Part shown: in pieces, positions 51,227 through 64,000 of the stretch | Layout: every line of letters begins with the position of its first letter | How positions within the stretch are numbered: the stretch's first letter is position 1 | Source: Cyanophora paradoxa CCMP329 | Taxonomy: Eukaryota > Plantae > Glaucophyta | DNA length: 64,000 bases | Assembly (NCBI GenBank): GCA_004431415.1 | Contig: QPMI01000452.1 | Location: forward strand, 1 to 64,000 | Direction of reading: 5' to 3' | Translations under genes and position numbers: made by a program | The notes under the pieces: model-generated | Databases searched by the model: none | What the model was told of the DNA's origin: nothing | What the model saw: only the letters and a program-made list of their open reading frames with translations

Positions 51227-54200
51227 ATGGCCGATCATGAACAGCCACAGCTGCAACGACAGCCCACAGATCAGACGGGGACGCCGGCCGCGGCCGCGGG
51301 TCCCCGGCGCTTGTCAGCGGAGAGAGATGCAGAGATAGAGCGGCGCCTTTCAGCTGTGAAGCTCGCCTTCGGCGTCGCGGCTCTGCCGGCGGCGGCGGAG
51401 CAGCCGGCTTCATTCTCCAGTATGGTGCCGTCGGCGTCGGATGCGAAGGAGATCTCGCCCCCGACGTCAATCCTCGAGGCGCCGGCGCCAAAGGACGCCC
51501 CCGCCGAGGCTCTCAAGCCGCCGGACATCGAAGCCGTCGGAGCCGCCCAGGAAGGGAAGCGCCGCCTCCGGAGGTCCGCGAGCCGGTGCGCGGACACGGG
51601 GCGGAAAGTCTCTCTCTCCACCATCCTGGTCGGGTGCGTTCGCCCCTCACATCCCTCTCGCGAGGTTCTGACGCCTCGCCCATGCAGGTTGCTGGTCGTG
51701 CAGGTCGTGGGGGTGACTCCCTTTGTGCCCTCGGCCCCGATCGTCTCGCCGTGCTCACCGCCCTCCCGCGCCGCAGGCGGCGCTCGTGACGTGGGGCGTC
51801 AGTGCGCGGCCCCCCCCCTTCCCTCCTCTCCCGATCTCGAGGCGGCCTCTGAGGCCTCTGACTCGCCCCAGCCTGGTACTTCAGCAACAGGAACCTGGAG
51901 GCCCTCGCGCGGCGCGTGGTGGAGGAGGTCAGGCGCGGCGTGCGGGACACGGTCGCTCAGCACCTCGCCTCCGCCCGCTCCTGCGCCGACCGCACCCGCC
52001 AGGACGTCGAGTCGGTGCGCTCCGGAAGTAATGGCCGCATCGAGTCTCGGCCGCCGCTGAGCTCCGGGGCCGTGCACGTGCAGGGCCGAACGACGCTGGA
52101 GCAGTGGCGGCGGACGTACGAGTCGCTGCACCAGACCCTCGTCGGCTGCCCCCAGGCGAGCCCGTACCCCCCCACGCTCGCTCGCTCCTCCGGATCCCTG
52201 TCTGATCGCCCCTCCGCAGCTCCAGCGGCTCGCGGTCGGCTTCGGGAGCACTCCGAAGACGCGGCAGGTCTTCGCGGCTTACGTGCGCCCCCGCCTTCCT
52301 TCTCCTCGCGCGGCCCCCGCCTCCGCTGCTCATGAGGCGTCCCCCCAGCGCTGCTACGGGGGGGAGGAGAACTGCCCGACGCACTGGCACGCCATCCAGA
52401 ACAACGGTGCGCGCCCTCCTCGGGCTCCAGGCCCGCCCTCTGAGCCCTGCCGGCCCCTCTCACGCCGTTTTCCGCAGTGTCGTACGGTCCGCCTCGTCCG
52501 CCTCTGGAGCTCGCCTGTCCCTGCCGCAGAGCAGCGCCCCGCGCCCCGCGCGCTCTGACGCACCGCAGTGTACACGTACGCCGCCGACGAGAAGCGCGGC
52601 CAGCCGGAGCGGTTCCTGGTGCTGTACCACCCCTTCCCTTTCCCCCTCCCTCGAATCGCGCGACCGACCGCCTCCGTGCAGTTCGGAGCGCCCTACCTGG
52701 TCGAGAGCGGCCCCGGCGCGCCCGTCGCGAACGCCAGCGCCGCCTCGTGCGCGTACCCCGGGCCCGCTGGCCTCCCTGGGAAATACGTGTACATGTACCC
52801 ACCCCGCTCGCAGGTGGAGCGACGTCTTCATCATGGCGCAGCTCTCCCCCACGGGCCAGGCCGTTAAGGCCCTCGTCGAGGCTCGCTGTGCCCCCGCCCT
52901 CGTGCGGGCCCCGTCTAAGCAGCGCTCGCGGTCCCCCGCGCAGGAGGACTTGTACAAGCGGCTCGTCATGACCCTCGTGCAGGGCATCGGCCCCACCCGC
53001 GACGTCAACCTCCTGCCCCTCCCCGCCCCCGCCCCCGGCCTCCCCGCCCCCCCCGCGCTCCCCGCCGAGAACGCCACATACCCCTCCTCCGCCGGCTTCG
53101 TTCGGGTGCGCCGGGCGGGGGGGTACCCTGCCCTCCGATTTGAGCCCGCCCCCCCCCCCCCCTCCCCCCAGGCCACCGTGTCCCTGTCGGCCCTCTCCGA
53201 GATGCTGCGGAGCGGCCTGGGGCGCCCGTACCCCTCTTCCATCGCCTTTGTCACCAACTCCGCCGGTCCGCGGGCCCGTACCCCCGGCGCTCCGTCCCCC
53301 CTGACTCGCACCAGGGTACATGGTGGCCTCCAGCATCGAGACGCTCGTCGCCGCCGGCGAGCCGGGCAGCGTGCGCGCCCTCCCCGCCCGCCCCCGGACC
53401 GCGAGAGGCCCCACCGAGCGGGCGCAGGACGCGTGGAAGCGGATGCGGGCGGACTCGAACCCGAGCGAGGTCGTGCGGGACGTCTACGTGCGCCCCGGAA
53501 CCCCCCTCCCCAACAGCCCCGGGCCTCATTCCTGGAGTCAGGCGGCGCTGGGGGCGTGCGAGGACGGGAGCGCGGCGTTCGTGCGGGCGGGGGGCCGCCA
53601 GCAGGTCGCCTCCTGCTCGCCCCTCGAGGTGCCCCCGAACCTCTCCTGGAAGGGTGCGCCGCCCCGCCGCGAAAGAAGCCACCACCCCATCCTTCTCCCA
53701 CTCCGTGACGCCCTGCGCGCAGTCTTCATCGCCGTGCCGACCGACGACGCCTTTGGGGAGATCAAGTCCTCCGCGGTCCGTTTTCGTACTCTTTCTTCGT
53801 CCCCCGGCTCGGAACAGAACGGGACCCGCCAGGTGTCGATCTCGTGCGCGAACGCGGCGTGGCTGCTCTTCTGCATCGTCGTGAGCGTCGCGGCGGGGAT
53901 GCTCGTGACGCGGCCCCTGGCCAAGCTGCGCGCCTCCATCCTCCAGCTCACCAGGGCGCGCCCCGCGCGCGGCTGCCGCGCTGCGTCGGGCTGAGCTGAG
54001 CCGAGCCCCGGGCAGAGCATCGAGGGGGTCTCGAAGGAGATCAAGCGCAGCGGGAACCGCCCCTCGGTGCAGGCCCACCGCGGCTCCCGCGAGCCCCCGC
54101 CGGCCCCCGGCGGTGCGCGCGCGTCTTTCCCCTCCGACCCCTGCCCCGCCCCCTCCTCCCTCCTCGACCCGCGCGGGCAGGCGGCGCCCCCTCGGACGCG

Positions 54201-55009
54201 GCGGCGGGGCCCGTCCCCGTGCGCAAGCCGACGGCGATGGAGCGGATCCGGGGCTGGCTGCGGCCGGCGCTGGGGCGGGGCAGCCCCGAGCAGGGGGCGG
54301 AGCGGGAGGCCCGCGGCTCGGCGGCCGGCTCCGGCAACGAGAGCGACGCGACCGAGGCGCCCTCCGGGGGCTCCTCCAGCCGCTCCCGATCGGTGCGGGG
54401 CGCGGCGGGGGGCGCAGGGCAGCTGGGGGCGCTGACGCGGCGCAGATGGTCCTCAAGACGGGCATCGCGGAGCTCGCGACCTTCAGCACCCTCATGCGCT
54501 CCCTCCAGTCCCGGGTACCCCCGCTCCCCTCTCCCTCCGGGCGCGCGAAAGGGCTGCTGACGTACCGTCCTCCCGTCCAGTTCGTCCAGTTCCAGAGGGT
54601 GCGCGGCGTACCCCTTCGCACCCGCCTCGGCCCCGCCCCGCTGACCGACCGGCCCGACGCCGACAGCTGAGCGCGACGGAGCTCGAGCTGCTGAAGACGC
54701 TGCTCGCCGAGCGCAAGACCAAGATGGAGATGGAGGTCCGCCACGAGGAGTGCGTGTACCCCCGCTCCTTTTTCGAGGTCGGAGCGCCTGGGTTCGAACC
54801 CGGGCAGGACCCGAAAGTTTTTGGCCACGATGTCACATGAGATGCGCACCCCGCTGAACGGCGTCCTGGGAATGCTCTACCTCGCCCGCGACTGCAGCCT
54901 CGGGGAGGTGCGTGCCGGGTACCCCCCTCCCGAGGGTTCGGATTGTGCGAATTCCGCGCAGGAGGCCGCGCGCTGCGTCGAGGACGCGCTCATCTCCGTG
55001 CGCCCTCCT

Positions 55010-55040
<31 letters not shown>

Positions 55041-57665
55041 TCGGCGCGGGAGATTCGTTCTTCCGAAGTCCTAGTCCTCTGGTTCTAGATCTAGCTTTAG
55101 AACTCCATTCATCCTTCTTCAGCTCGACTGATTGAACTCCGGTTCTCTTCTGGGCCGCGATGAGTGCTCACCCGCGAATATTAATCCCCGGCCTGACTCG
55201 AACCCTCGCAGGGGGAGCACCTCCTCGCGCTCGTCAACGACGTCCTCGACATACAGAAGGCCCGCGCCCGCTAGCGCCCCCGTACCCCCCTCGCCTCGCG
55301 CCCCCTCATGCCCGGCGCAGGTCGAGGCGGGCCTCATGGAGCTCCAGGTTCGGACCCCGGAGCGCCCCCTTTCTCGGGCTTGACCGGCGGGCGGGCGGGC
55401 GGGCAGGTCGCGCCGACGTCTGTCGTGGAGACCGTCCAGTCCGCCGTCCGCATCGTCCAGCCCCGAGGCAGCCGCCGCCCCTCCCCCTTCCCCCGACCCC
55501 CCCGACCCACTTTCGCCGCAGCGGAGGCCAAGGGCCTGCGCCTGGAGGTCCTCATCGACCCCTCCGTCCCCTCCGTCATCGTCTCCGACGCCGACCGCCT
55601 TCGCCGTGCGCGCGCGCCGCGCCCCTCGCGCCCCGCGCGGGGCCCGGTCCCCGACCCGACCCATCCATCCGACCCGGCCCGGCGCGGCCCGGGCGCAGAG
55701 GTGCTGCTGAACCTGGTGACGAACGCCGTCAAGTACAGCCACGCCGGCACCGTCACCGTGCGCCCCGCTGCGCTGCGCTTTGCTTCCCTGCGCTTCTGGA
55801 CCCCTGGGCTACTCGATCCTAGAGGCTTCGGAGAATATTTATAAAGCTTCCTCCTCCTCCTCCTCCTCCTCCTCCTTTAAAAGCTTTCCTGGGCTTCTAG
55901 ATCTAGATCTAGGTCACTTGATCCTAGAAGCTCTGGAGAATATCTAGATAGCTTCAACCATGCGTGCCGCTATGCTTTCTTCGGCCTCCGGCGTGTTCTC
56001 GACGCGCCCGCCATCCCTCCAGGTGCGGGTGGCGATGGCGCAGGACGGGAGCGGCCAGGTCCGCTTCTCCGTCACCGACCAGGGCCCCGGCATCCCCCTC
56101 CCCGCCCAGCAGCAGCTCTTCTGCCGGTACCCCCCTATCCCCTCCTGGGAGCTCCCCGGGGCACCTCGGTTCGCTGACGGCCGGCCCCTCGGGAGGTTCT
56201 ACCGCGTCAAGCGGACCCCCGCGGACGGCGCGGACCCCGGCGGAACGGGCCTCGGGTGCGCCCCGAACCCCCCGCTCGATCGGGCCTGTACCCCCGACCG
56301 AATCCCCCGCAGGCTCGCGATCTGCAGGGAGATCTGCCGCGTGATGGGCGGCAGCGTCGGCTGCATCTCCGCGGTGCCCCTACCCCCCCCCCTACCCCCC
56401 CGGTCTTTGGCTTCGTTCCGGCCGATCCCCCCCGCCGGCAGCCCAACCAGGGCAGCGAGTTCTTCTTCCTCGTACCCCCCAACCTCCGTGCGCACGCGCA
56501 CCCCCCGGCTCGGCCGCGAATCCGATCTGATCCGACCGGGGCCGCAGAGGCCGCGGCGCCGCGGCGCCAGCCGCCCTCGCGCAACAATTCGGAGAGCGCC
56601 GTCGGCAGCCGCGAGCGCCTCTCGAGCAGCCTGCGCCCGAGCCGGGCCCTCCCCTCCCCGCGCCCCCGCCTCCCCTCGCGCCTCCCGAGATCCCCTGCCG
56701 CCTCCGCCACACCGCACGGCTCCGGCGACCTGACGGACGACGCCGCTGGCGCCGTCGCCGCCTTCCGCCCCCCGCCCCGCCCGCCCCGAGCCTCCCCGCC
56801 CCGCCCCCGCCCCGCCCCCGCCAACGAGCCCCCTGCCCTTGCGGACCCCCTCTCCCTCTTCCCGACGGGGTTCTGCAGCATCCTCGTTGCAGAGGTGCGC
56901 CACCGTACCCCCCTGCCGCGATCCCCGTACGCGCCGACCGGGGGTACATGTACAGGACAACGCCGTGAACGCCCGCGTCGTGGTCGGCATGCTGCAGAAG
57001 GAGGTCCGCACGCCCCCGCGGCCCCGCGCAGCTTCGGGGGGCGACGTACCCCCGCCCGCAGAAGCACAGCGTCACCCTGGCGCACGACGGGGCGCAGGCG
57101 ATCGAACTGTTCGAGACCGCCGCGGCGAGGGCCGAGCCGGGCCTGCCCCCCTTCGACCTCATCCTCATGTGCGCCCGTGTTTTAGGAGCTTTTTTTTTGG
57201 GGGGGGGGGTGGGGGGGGGTGCCGCTCGGTTCCGGGGGTACCCATACCCCCGCGCAGGGACTGCAGCATGCCTAACGTGGACGGGTACGCGGCGACGGCG
57301 GCGATCCGGCGCTGCGAGGCGGCGCGCTCTCTGCCGCGTACCCTGGTGGCCGCCCTTACCGCCCATGCCTCCAAGGAGGACGAGGTGCAGTGCCGCGAGT
57401 CCGGAATGGACCTCTACCTGACCAAGGTACCCCCCCTCGCCGCCTCCTCTCGTTCTCCACTTTGGATCCTGAGGGCGCGCGCGCGCAGCCGATCCGGAAG
57501 CCGCAACTGCTGGCGGCGGTGGGCGAGGCGCGCCTCCGCTCCGCGCGGCTGAGGCATGCGGCGCGCGGGTCGGCCCCCGAGTCGATGGGGGGGGAGCGGC
57601 CCCCGCCGGGCGTCGCCGAGGGCGCGCGGTTGGCCCCTCCCGACGCCGAGCCCGCAGCGTCATGA
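51227..57665 (+). CDS. Host multi-exon hybrid sensor histidine kinase (TM, HisKA, HATPase, receiver); 5' start tentative
   Basis: FLATMSHEMRTPLNG, LLNLVTNAVKY, DQGPGI, GGTGLGLAICR, ILVAEDN, FDLILMD..MP..DG, ALTAHA, LTKP. Confidence 0.9.
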
Positions 57666-58392
57666 GGCCGTCTTGTAATTAAGTCTAGGCCTAGGATCGT
57701 CAAAAATTTGAACAGAATAGAATGGGGCCAAGCGGACATGCTCATGATCAGGACTGCTTGGAAGCATTTCCCAATTCCATTCCCATTGCAATTCCCAACT
57801 TATATATATATATCCCTCCTGCCCGTCGCCGGTGCCAGATCTAGATCGCGGGCATCTCGTGAACCCCCTGCAGCTGTAGCTTCTTATAAGTATGACCCCA
57901 GTTATCGATAGATCTCAAGCTTCTCATCCGGATCCTACACTGTGGTCCTACACTGTGACAAGGCGGCGCGAGCTAGGTATCGGAATTGCAATTGACATTC
58001 AATTAGTAGTACAACATGATCAATGTCTGCAGCTGTTATGAAGGCTGCGATCTAGCAAATTCGAATTCAGCCCTAGGCCTACAGAAACGTTTTGCCGACG
58101 AACCGGCAGGGGGCGGGGCGCAGGCCAGGGCGGTCTGGGCCGGGCGGTCAGAAAAGAGGGGGAGAGCCGGGCGGTACATGTAGAGGGTGTGGGGGCCCGG
58201 CGCGGGCTCGAGGCCGGGTGGGCGGTCCACATCGGCGCGTACAATTGTGCCCGAGCTTCTCTACTTTCGAAGTTCCGACGAGCTCCGAACCGCCTGCCCC
58301 GCTCCGGATCCGGTCCCGCGTGGCGCGCGCGGATGGAGGGCCCGGGGCCGGGGCCCCGCACTCGACGGCGCCGCCGGAGGGCGCGGAGAGCG

Positions 58393-59142
58393 TCAGCCCG
58401 TGGGGCTCACGTCCATCTTAATCGCAGCCTTGACGATCACGCCGTCGCGCACCTGCGCACCCTCCGCCGTCAGCTGCGGGCAGAGTTCGCGGCCCGCGCG
58501 CAGACGGGAGCCGAGGGGGCTCACGGTGTAGACGGCGAGGCAGTGGGCGGTGCGCAGCGGCCCGCGGATGATCTGCGCGCCACGCAGTCTCCAGGTCAGC
58601 AGGCCCTGGCTCAAGATCTAGAGAGGGCAGACGAGGCGCGCGCAGGCGGGCGCGCCTCGCGGTCGACGACGGTGTCGCCCATCGCGAGGCGGCCGACGAC
58701 GTCGCAGTGCAGCTCCGGCGACTTGAAGCGCTCCACGTACCTGCGTATGCGGCCGGGTGCCGAAATTAAACCCGGGCCTCGCTGCCGGCGCCGCGTGCCA
58801 CCGCGCGCGCGCGAACCTCGGGCGCATCTCTTCCTTTCCGCTCGCCAGAACCTGCGTCGCGGCGCGTCGTTCCAGTGAGCGCGCGCACGTGCACGTCGCC
58901 GGCTGCGCGGCCGCGGGCGCTCACCTTGCCGTCGTCGAGGTTCACCAGCAGCGCGTCGTCAGCGAAGCAAGCCAAGAAAGCGTCGATGTCGCGGGCGTTG
59001 TAGGTCTCCACCTGCCTCTGCACGACCGCGATTGGGCTCTGCGCCTGACGGGCGGTAGCTCGAACTTCAGCAACAAGGCTGCCCATGCGCGCCGCCGGGC
59101 GCCGAGCCGGTAGACACTCGCCTTCTCAGCCGTCGACGCCAT
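58393..59142 (-). CDS. Second SnoaL/NTF2-like paralog lacking the long N-terminal leader (start 59142 or 59086)
   Basis: Exons nearly identical to 49837-50480; different 5' end. Confidence 0.8.
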
Positions 59143-59159
59143 CGCAGCAAGCCTCCAGC

Positions 59160-59390
59160 TAAAGCTCAAGCCTCGAGCTCAAGCTCAAGCGCAAGCTCAA
59201 GCTCAATTGCAAGCGCGAGCTCATGATCAAGCTCAAGATCAAGCCTCGATCAAGCTTAACTTGGCAGCCGGCGCCTCGAGCTCGAGCTCAACGTTAACGC
59301 GCCAGCGCTAGCCCGGCCCGGCCGCGCGCTAGCCTCGCGCTCGCGCTAGCCTCGAGCTCGAGCTCAACGCGCCAGCGCCCGGCGCTAGCT
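59160..59390. repeat. Degenerate GCTCAA / GCTCGA hexamer repeats
   Basis: Repeated AAGCTC and CTCGAG units upstream of the SnoaL paralog. Confidence 0.7.
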
Positions 59391-59766
59391 AAAACATTAT
59401 TTTACCTTTTCAAATCCGGATCGAATTTAGGTTTTCGCTTTTTAGAGGCCGCGGGGCCAGGAGGCTTAGGGCCGGTCCAGATCCAAAGGCGCCCCAGCGG
59501 GCCATGGGCTGGCCATGGGGACCCCCGTTCCGCGGGTGCTTTGCAGAAAAGATGAAATTCAAATAATGTTTCGAAAAGACAGCAAGCGGATGCGAACACT
59601 AAAACACAATTGCAATGAAGTGCTGCACATGCGGACGTGAAGGAGATCGATATCATGTAAAAAATTAAATACGTTTACAGAGATGCAAAGCTGAATTCAA
59701 AAAAGGCGCGCGCGGGGGCTGCCCTCGGCGCCATTGCGGAAAAGAAACTATGTGCATGGCACGGGT

Positions 59767-61303
59767 CTACCGTAAAATTATGCGCGAAAACGAATGAAAT
59801 TGTGGTGTTACAACTGAAAATGGCCGGAGGCGAACGGTTTGGAAGAGGGCACAGGGCCTGGGGCCGCGCGGGGCCCGGAGCCGCGCGCGGCCGCTCATGC
59901 TGCGGCCGCCGGCGCGAGGCCCTCGGCCGCGTGGTTGTGGTGCTCCAGCCCCGCGCACCCGCACCCGCGCCTGAGGCGACGGAGCCCGGTTGGCGTGACG
60001 GGTGCAAAAGAGAGGAGCCGGGGCGGGGGAAGGGCGAGGGGGGTACGCACAGCTCGGTCGAGTGGCGCCGAAAGGGGCGGTGCGCGGGGTGGCCTGCGCG
60101 GGGCGGGCCCGGGGCTCAGACCGCGGGCGGAGGGCAAGCCCGAAGGGCGCGGGGCGAGGCACCCTCGCCGGCCGCGAGGACGTGCGGCCGCCCCGCCGCC
60201 GCGTGGGCGTGCGCGTGGTGGTGGGCGGCGGCCGGGCTGTGGGCGTGGTGGGGCCGTGGGGCGTGGTGGTGCTCGGCGGCGTGGGCGTGCGAGCCGTGCC
60301 GGGGCGCCCGGCTGCGCTCCCGCGCCTCCACCAGCTCGTGCTCCGCCTCGGCGCTGTGGATGCTCCACCGCTGCGCATGCCCGCCCGGCGGCTCGCTCGG
60401 CGCGCGCGAGCCTCGGGGCGGGCGGGGGCGGGGCGCACGGTGATTAGGTACTGCACGGCGCGGTCGCAGAGGTCGCGGGAGCCCGGGATCACCAGGTCGC
60501 TCAGGTCCCCCACCGGCGTGTGCGGCTGCGGCCCGTCAGGGGCGGCGGGCGCGCCGGCGCTGGCGCCGGCGCCGGGCGGGCGCACCGGGTGGAGCTCGGC
60601 GAGCTGCTGGAGGGCGGCGCCGGCGTCCGCCGCGGCGACGGGCGCCACCGCGCACGTCACCTGCCGCCGCGGAGCGAAGCGGTCAGCCGGGCCGCGCTCG
60701 GAGCGGGCCCGAGGGGCAGGGGCAGGGGCAGGGGCGACCTGCGCGGCGCCGCTGGCGATGGCGGCGAGCCTCGCGGCCTCGGCGGCGGCGGCGGCGCCGC
60801 CGGCGACGCCCGTGGCGGCGGCCCAGCAGACGGCCTCGGCGACGCAGCAGACGGGCGGGCGAGGCGCTCCTCGGCGAGGTGCGCGCCGACCTCGGCGCCG
60901 TGGCCGGCGTCGTCCAGGAGCGCGTGCAGGTCGTGCCGCTGCACGGCGTCCACCACGCCGTACGCCGCCCGCCGAGCACGCCGACGGCCGCCCCCGCGTA
61001 GTGCAGGAGGTGCACCACGACGAAGTCGATGCCCCGGTTCACCTTGAACATCGCGGCGCCCACCAGCTGCACCGCCAGCCGCACCCGCGGGAAGAGCAGC
61101 GCCAGAATGGCCGCCACGCGCACCCAGCTCCACGCGCACTCCGTCGCCGAGTGCGCGGCGCGGAAGGCCGCGCGGGGCTTCACGAAACGGTGCCCCAGCC
61201 TCCGCTGGCTCCCATCGGTCCCGCTGCAGCAGTCCTCGCCGGCGCTGGTGCTGTGGCCCGCGGACGAGATGCCGGGCCGGAGGCGCTGCTCTCGCCGATC
61301 CAT
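59767..61303 (-). CDS. Host multi-exon hypothetical protein with a hydrophobic segment; boundaries approximate
   Basis: Exon-like ORFs (WVRVAAILALLFPRVRLAVQLVGAAMF.., DLSDLVIPGSRDLCDRAVQYLIT) separated by short GC-rich introns. Confidence 0.5.
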
Positions 61304-61760
61304 GCCGGCGCCGCGTCACCGCGCCCGCAAGCTCGGCCGCAACGAGCCCCTCTTTCCTGGCCGGCTGGCCGCTCGCCCCGTGGGCGCCGAAGACCGCGCC
61401 TCCCCGCGGCCGAGATGTCGACGGGCGGCCGCGGGCGGGCGGGGCGGGCTGTCGCGGGGCGGGCAGCCAACCCGCGACGCGGAGCTCTGCTCCCGCGACG
61501 AGTGTTGCCGCCCGAACAAGCTTGAGGGAGAGCGATGGCGTCAACCCCAAAGTGGGGGAAGAGCGCGCCGGGGTACAGGGAAGCGCGTTGAACACCTTCG
61601 TCGAAGCTTCGCTAGGATCCGGATTTCGAATTCAGAGCTCACTGATCCCAATGCAACCTTCGATTTCGGAGCCCTTCAACTATGACTACAGCCACGGAGG
61701 AGAAACGCGCGCTGGTGCAGCTAGCGCTCGCCGGCAGGCTGAAGCTTAAGGAGCACTGCA

Positions 61761-63636
61761 CTAGTGGCGGTGGCGATGGAGGGCGGCGGGGCCGGCGGCC
61801 GAGCCCGGGCGGGCGGGGCTCTTGGCCCGCGAGGCGCCGGCGGTGGAGTAGGAGAGGATGAGGGAGCCGCGCGTGTTCGCCACCGCCCACCGCCGCGCCG
61901 CCTCCGCCTCCCTGCCCGACCAAGCCAGCCCGATCAGCGCCGGGGTACGAGGGCGATGGGGCGGGGCGGGGGTTACAGCGCACTCGAGCTTGCGGGCCTC
62001 CTCTGCGTCTTCCCGCGCCCGCTGCGCCTGCAGGGGCCCCAGGGCGTGGGCCGGGGCCAGCCAGCCGGGCTGGCGGGCGGGGGCGGGCGGGCGGACCCGC
62101 TTCTTGGCGACCCAGGCCTCGAAGCGCTCGCGGCACTCGCGGTTGCGCGCCTCGCGCTCCGCCGCCGCCCGCCACTCCCGCGCCCGCTCCCGCCTCCGCT
62201 CCTCCGCCTCGCGCTCCGCCTTCGCCCGCAGCCACGCCTGCGCCCGCCCCGGCCGCGTCAGAGGGGAGCGGAGGGCGGGGCAGGGCAGGGGAGGGAGGTG
62301 GGGGTGCCTCGTGGGCCATGGCGCCGCGCTCCTCGCGGCGGCGGGCGGCGGCGGCGGCCTGCGCGCCGAAGGCCCGCTCGCGCCTCGCGCGCTCCTCCTC
62401 CTCGGCCCGCCTCGCGGCGAGCTTGCGGGCCAGCCACTCGCCGTACGCCTGCGCCGACGTCGCCGCCTTCTCCCGCTCCGTCCACGCCTCCCGCTCCCTG
62501 TCCCGCCGCCGCCCGCCGCCCGCTCAACGCCGCGGGCGCCCCTAGGCCTCTCGGGAGGGCGGCGGGCACCGGACGGGGCGGGGAGGCGGGGCGGGAGGAC
62601 TTGGCGGCGAGCCAGCCCTCGAAGGCCTCCGCCGAGCTCGCCAGCCGCTCCTCCAGCTCCAGCGCCGCCCAGCGCCTGCCGCCCGCCGCCCCGCGTCACC
62701 GGCGCCGAGCGGAGGGACGGGAGGGGCGCGGCGCGCACCGCTCTGCGTCGCCCGCCGCCCGCCGCTCGGCGCTCGCCTGCCGCTGCCGCGCCGCCTTCTC
62801 CTCGAGCCAGGCGTCGTAGGGCAGCGGGCCCCGGCGCGGAGCCGAGCCGGGCCGCGCCCGCGCCGGATGCTGCTGCTGCTGCGGCTGGGGGAGCGCCTGG
62901 CGGGCGGGCCGTCCTCGGGGATGAGGGCGCGCCGGAGGGGCGGGGCGCTGCGCGGGCGCTGCGGGCTCCCGCGGGACGCGGAGGCGGCGGAGCGGGGCGG
63001 GCTGACGTGCGGCATCTCCGCCGCGGCCGCCAGGAGCGCCTCCTCCTCGTCCGACGTCTCCTCCCGCGGCAGGCCGTGCTGCGCCAGCGCCCCGCCGGCC
63101 CAGGGGAGCTCCGGCTCGGGGGCGCCGGGCCGGTCCGGGCTCCCGCGGGCCGGAGGCTCGAACTCGTGTTCGAACTCGTTCGCTACCTCCAAGACGTCGT
63201 CCACCCTGCTCACTCCCGCCGCCGCTCGTGCGGGGCTCGCGAAGTGGACCGGCGAGGATTCCCTCGGCGGAGGCGGAGGCGCCGGTAGATTCGGCGAAAG
63301 AGGTGCGGAAAATCGCGCGCTAGCTCCCGCATTATGTGGCGACCGCGCAAGGCGCGCTGGTGAGTCCGGGCCGCTGCCGTAAGGGGCAGTGTCCGCCCAG
63401 CTAGGCAGCACTGGCTCGTCGATGTCGGGCTCGTCCGAGTCCCATAGGTCGAATTGCACGCCGCTGGTATCTAGCGGTCGCAGCGTTCGCGAATACATGT
63501 AGGCTGCAGCTGGCGCCCGCGGCGAGCGCGGAGCCGGTGCCGGGGCATCGGCAACGCGGCTCGAACGCCAGTGGTGATGATGTTCGTGGTGATAAGCTGG
63601 GGCTCGTGGCGGCACAAGCGCCCGCTGGCGCGGCAT
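61761..63636 (-). CDS. Host multi-exon coiled-coil protein (CCDC34/CCDC181-like EW..K repeats)
   Basis: YDAWL, AFEGWL, AYGEWLARK, AWLRAKAERE, ERFEAWVAKK. Confidence 0.6.
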
Positions 63637-64000
63637 TGCCTTCTAGGTCCAGTACCCACACTTCTCTACTTCTCTACCCAGTACCCCTTTCCCAGCAGCT
63701 TATCGAGGTTCCAAGAAGCAGCAGCTCGCGTGCGGTGTTGACGATCTAGCCAGCTAGCTGTGAGCAAGCTGGCGGACGTGACAGCCCGCCCAGCCAGGCT
63801 CGCTCGTTGAGTTCGGCTCTCGTTGATCCCTGAACCGAGGTCGCACCTGCAGACAGTGCAAAGTACGCTACGAAACATGCCCAAGATCGAGGTCAAGCAT
63901 CTTGACGGAGGCCTCAAGGTCTCTTCCTCCCGGCGCTGACGCACGCTGTTTTCCGGGCTGACGCACGCTGTGTTCAGTACTTGCCAGAGCTACAGTTCGT

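Noticed and set aside
38100-64000. Many long overlapping Pro/Arg/Gly/Ala-rich ORFs on both strands
   Set aside because: Artefacts of very high GC and read-through of short introns; only motif-supported spliced genes were kept.

Overview
The window has two parts. Bases 1 to ~37.6 kb are a nested cluster of endogenous Polinton-like virus (PLV)/virophage-like DNA. Bases ~37.6-64 kb are GC-rich, short-intron eukaryotic host DNA; the intron style and one transit-peptide-like leader suggest a plastid-bearing protist, possibly a glaucophyte (inference only). Element 1 (1-~12625, left end outside the window) is CpG-poor and frameshifted. It carries a VSR-like endonuclease, a packaging ATPase, small basic ORFs, an AEP primase-SF3 helicase, GIY-YIG, a protein-primed PolB and an rve integrase, followed by repeat arrays and a perfect 31-bp hairpin that abuts an apparently truncated fibre gene of element 2. 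Element 2 (~12613-37570) is CpG-rich with open reading frames. It carries a fibre-like protein, a patatin-discoidin fusion, two minor capsid genes, a major capsid protein, an ATPase, the same small ORFs as element 1, a 1439-aa PolB-like/SF1-helicase/HNH fusion, a RING protein, an rve integrase, DUF5710, an S-adenosylmethionine decarboxylase and a Dam-like methylase. A tyrosine-recombinase (DIRS/PAT-like) retrotransposon (17156-22956) with an A-gag-B/A-pol-YR-B layout sits precisely inside one minor capsid gene. The two viruses are syntenic sisters with swapped replication modules, and they share an unexplained non-coding module: inward-facing ~90-100 bp sites around TGTCACC tandem arrays. The host part holds the 5' end of an ATP-grasp gene, a cNMP-binding protein with a partial duplicate, a MITE cluster, two SnoaL/NTF2 paralogs, a hybrid histidine kinase and a coiled-coil protein. 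All protein calls come from motif recognition by eye; no database searches were run.
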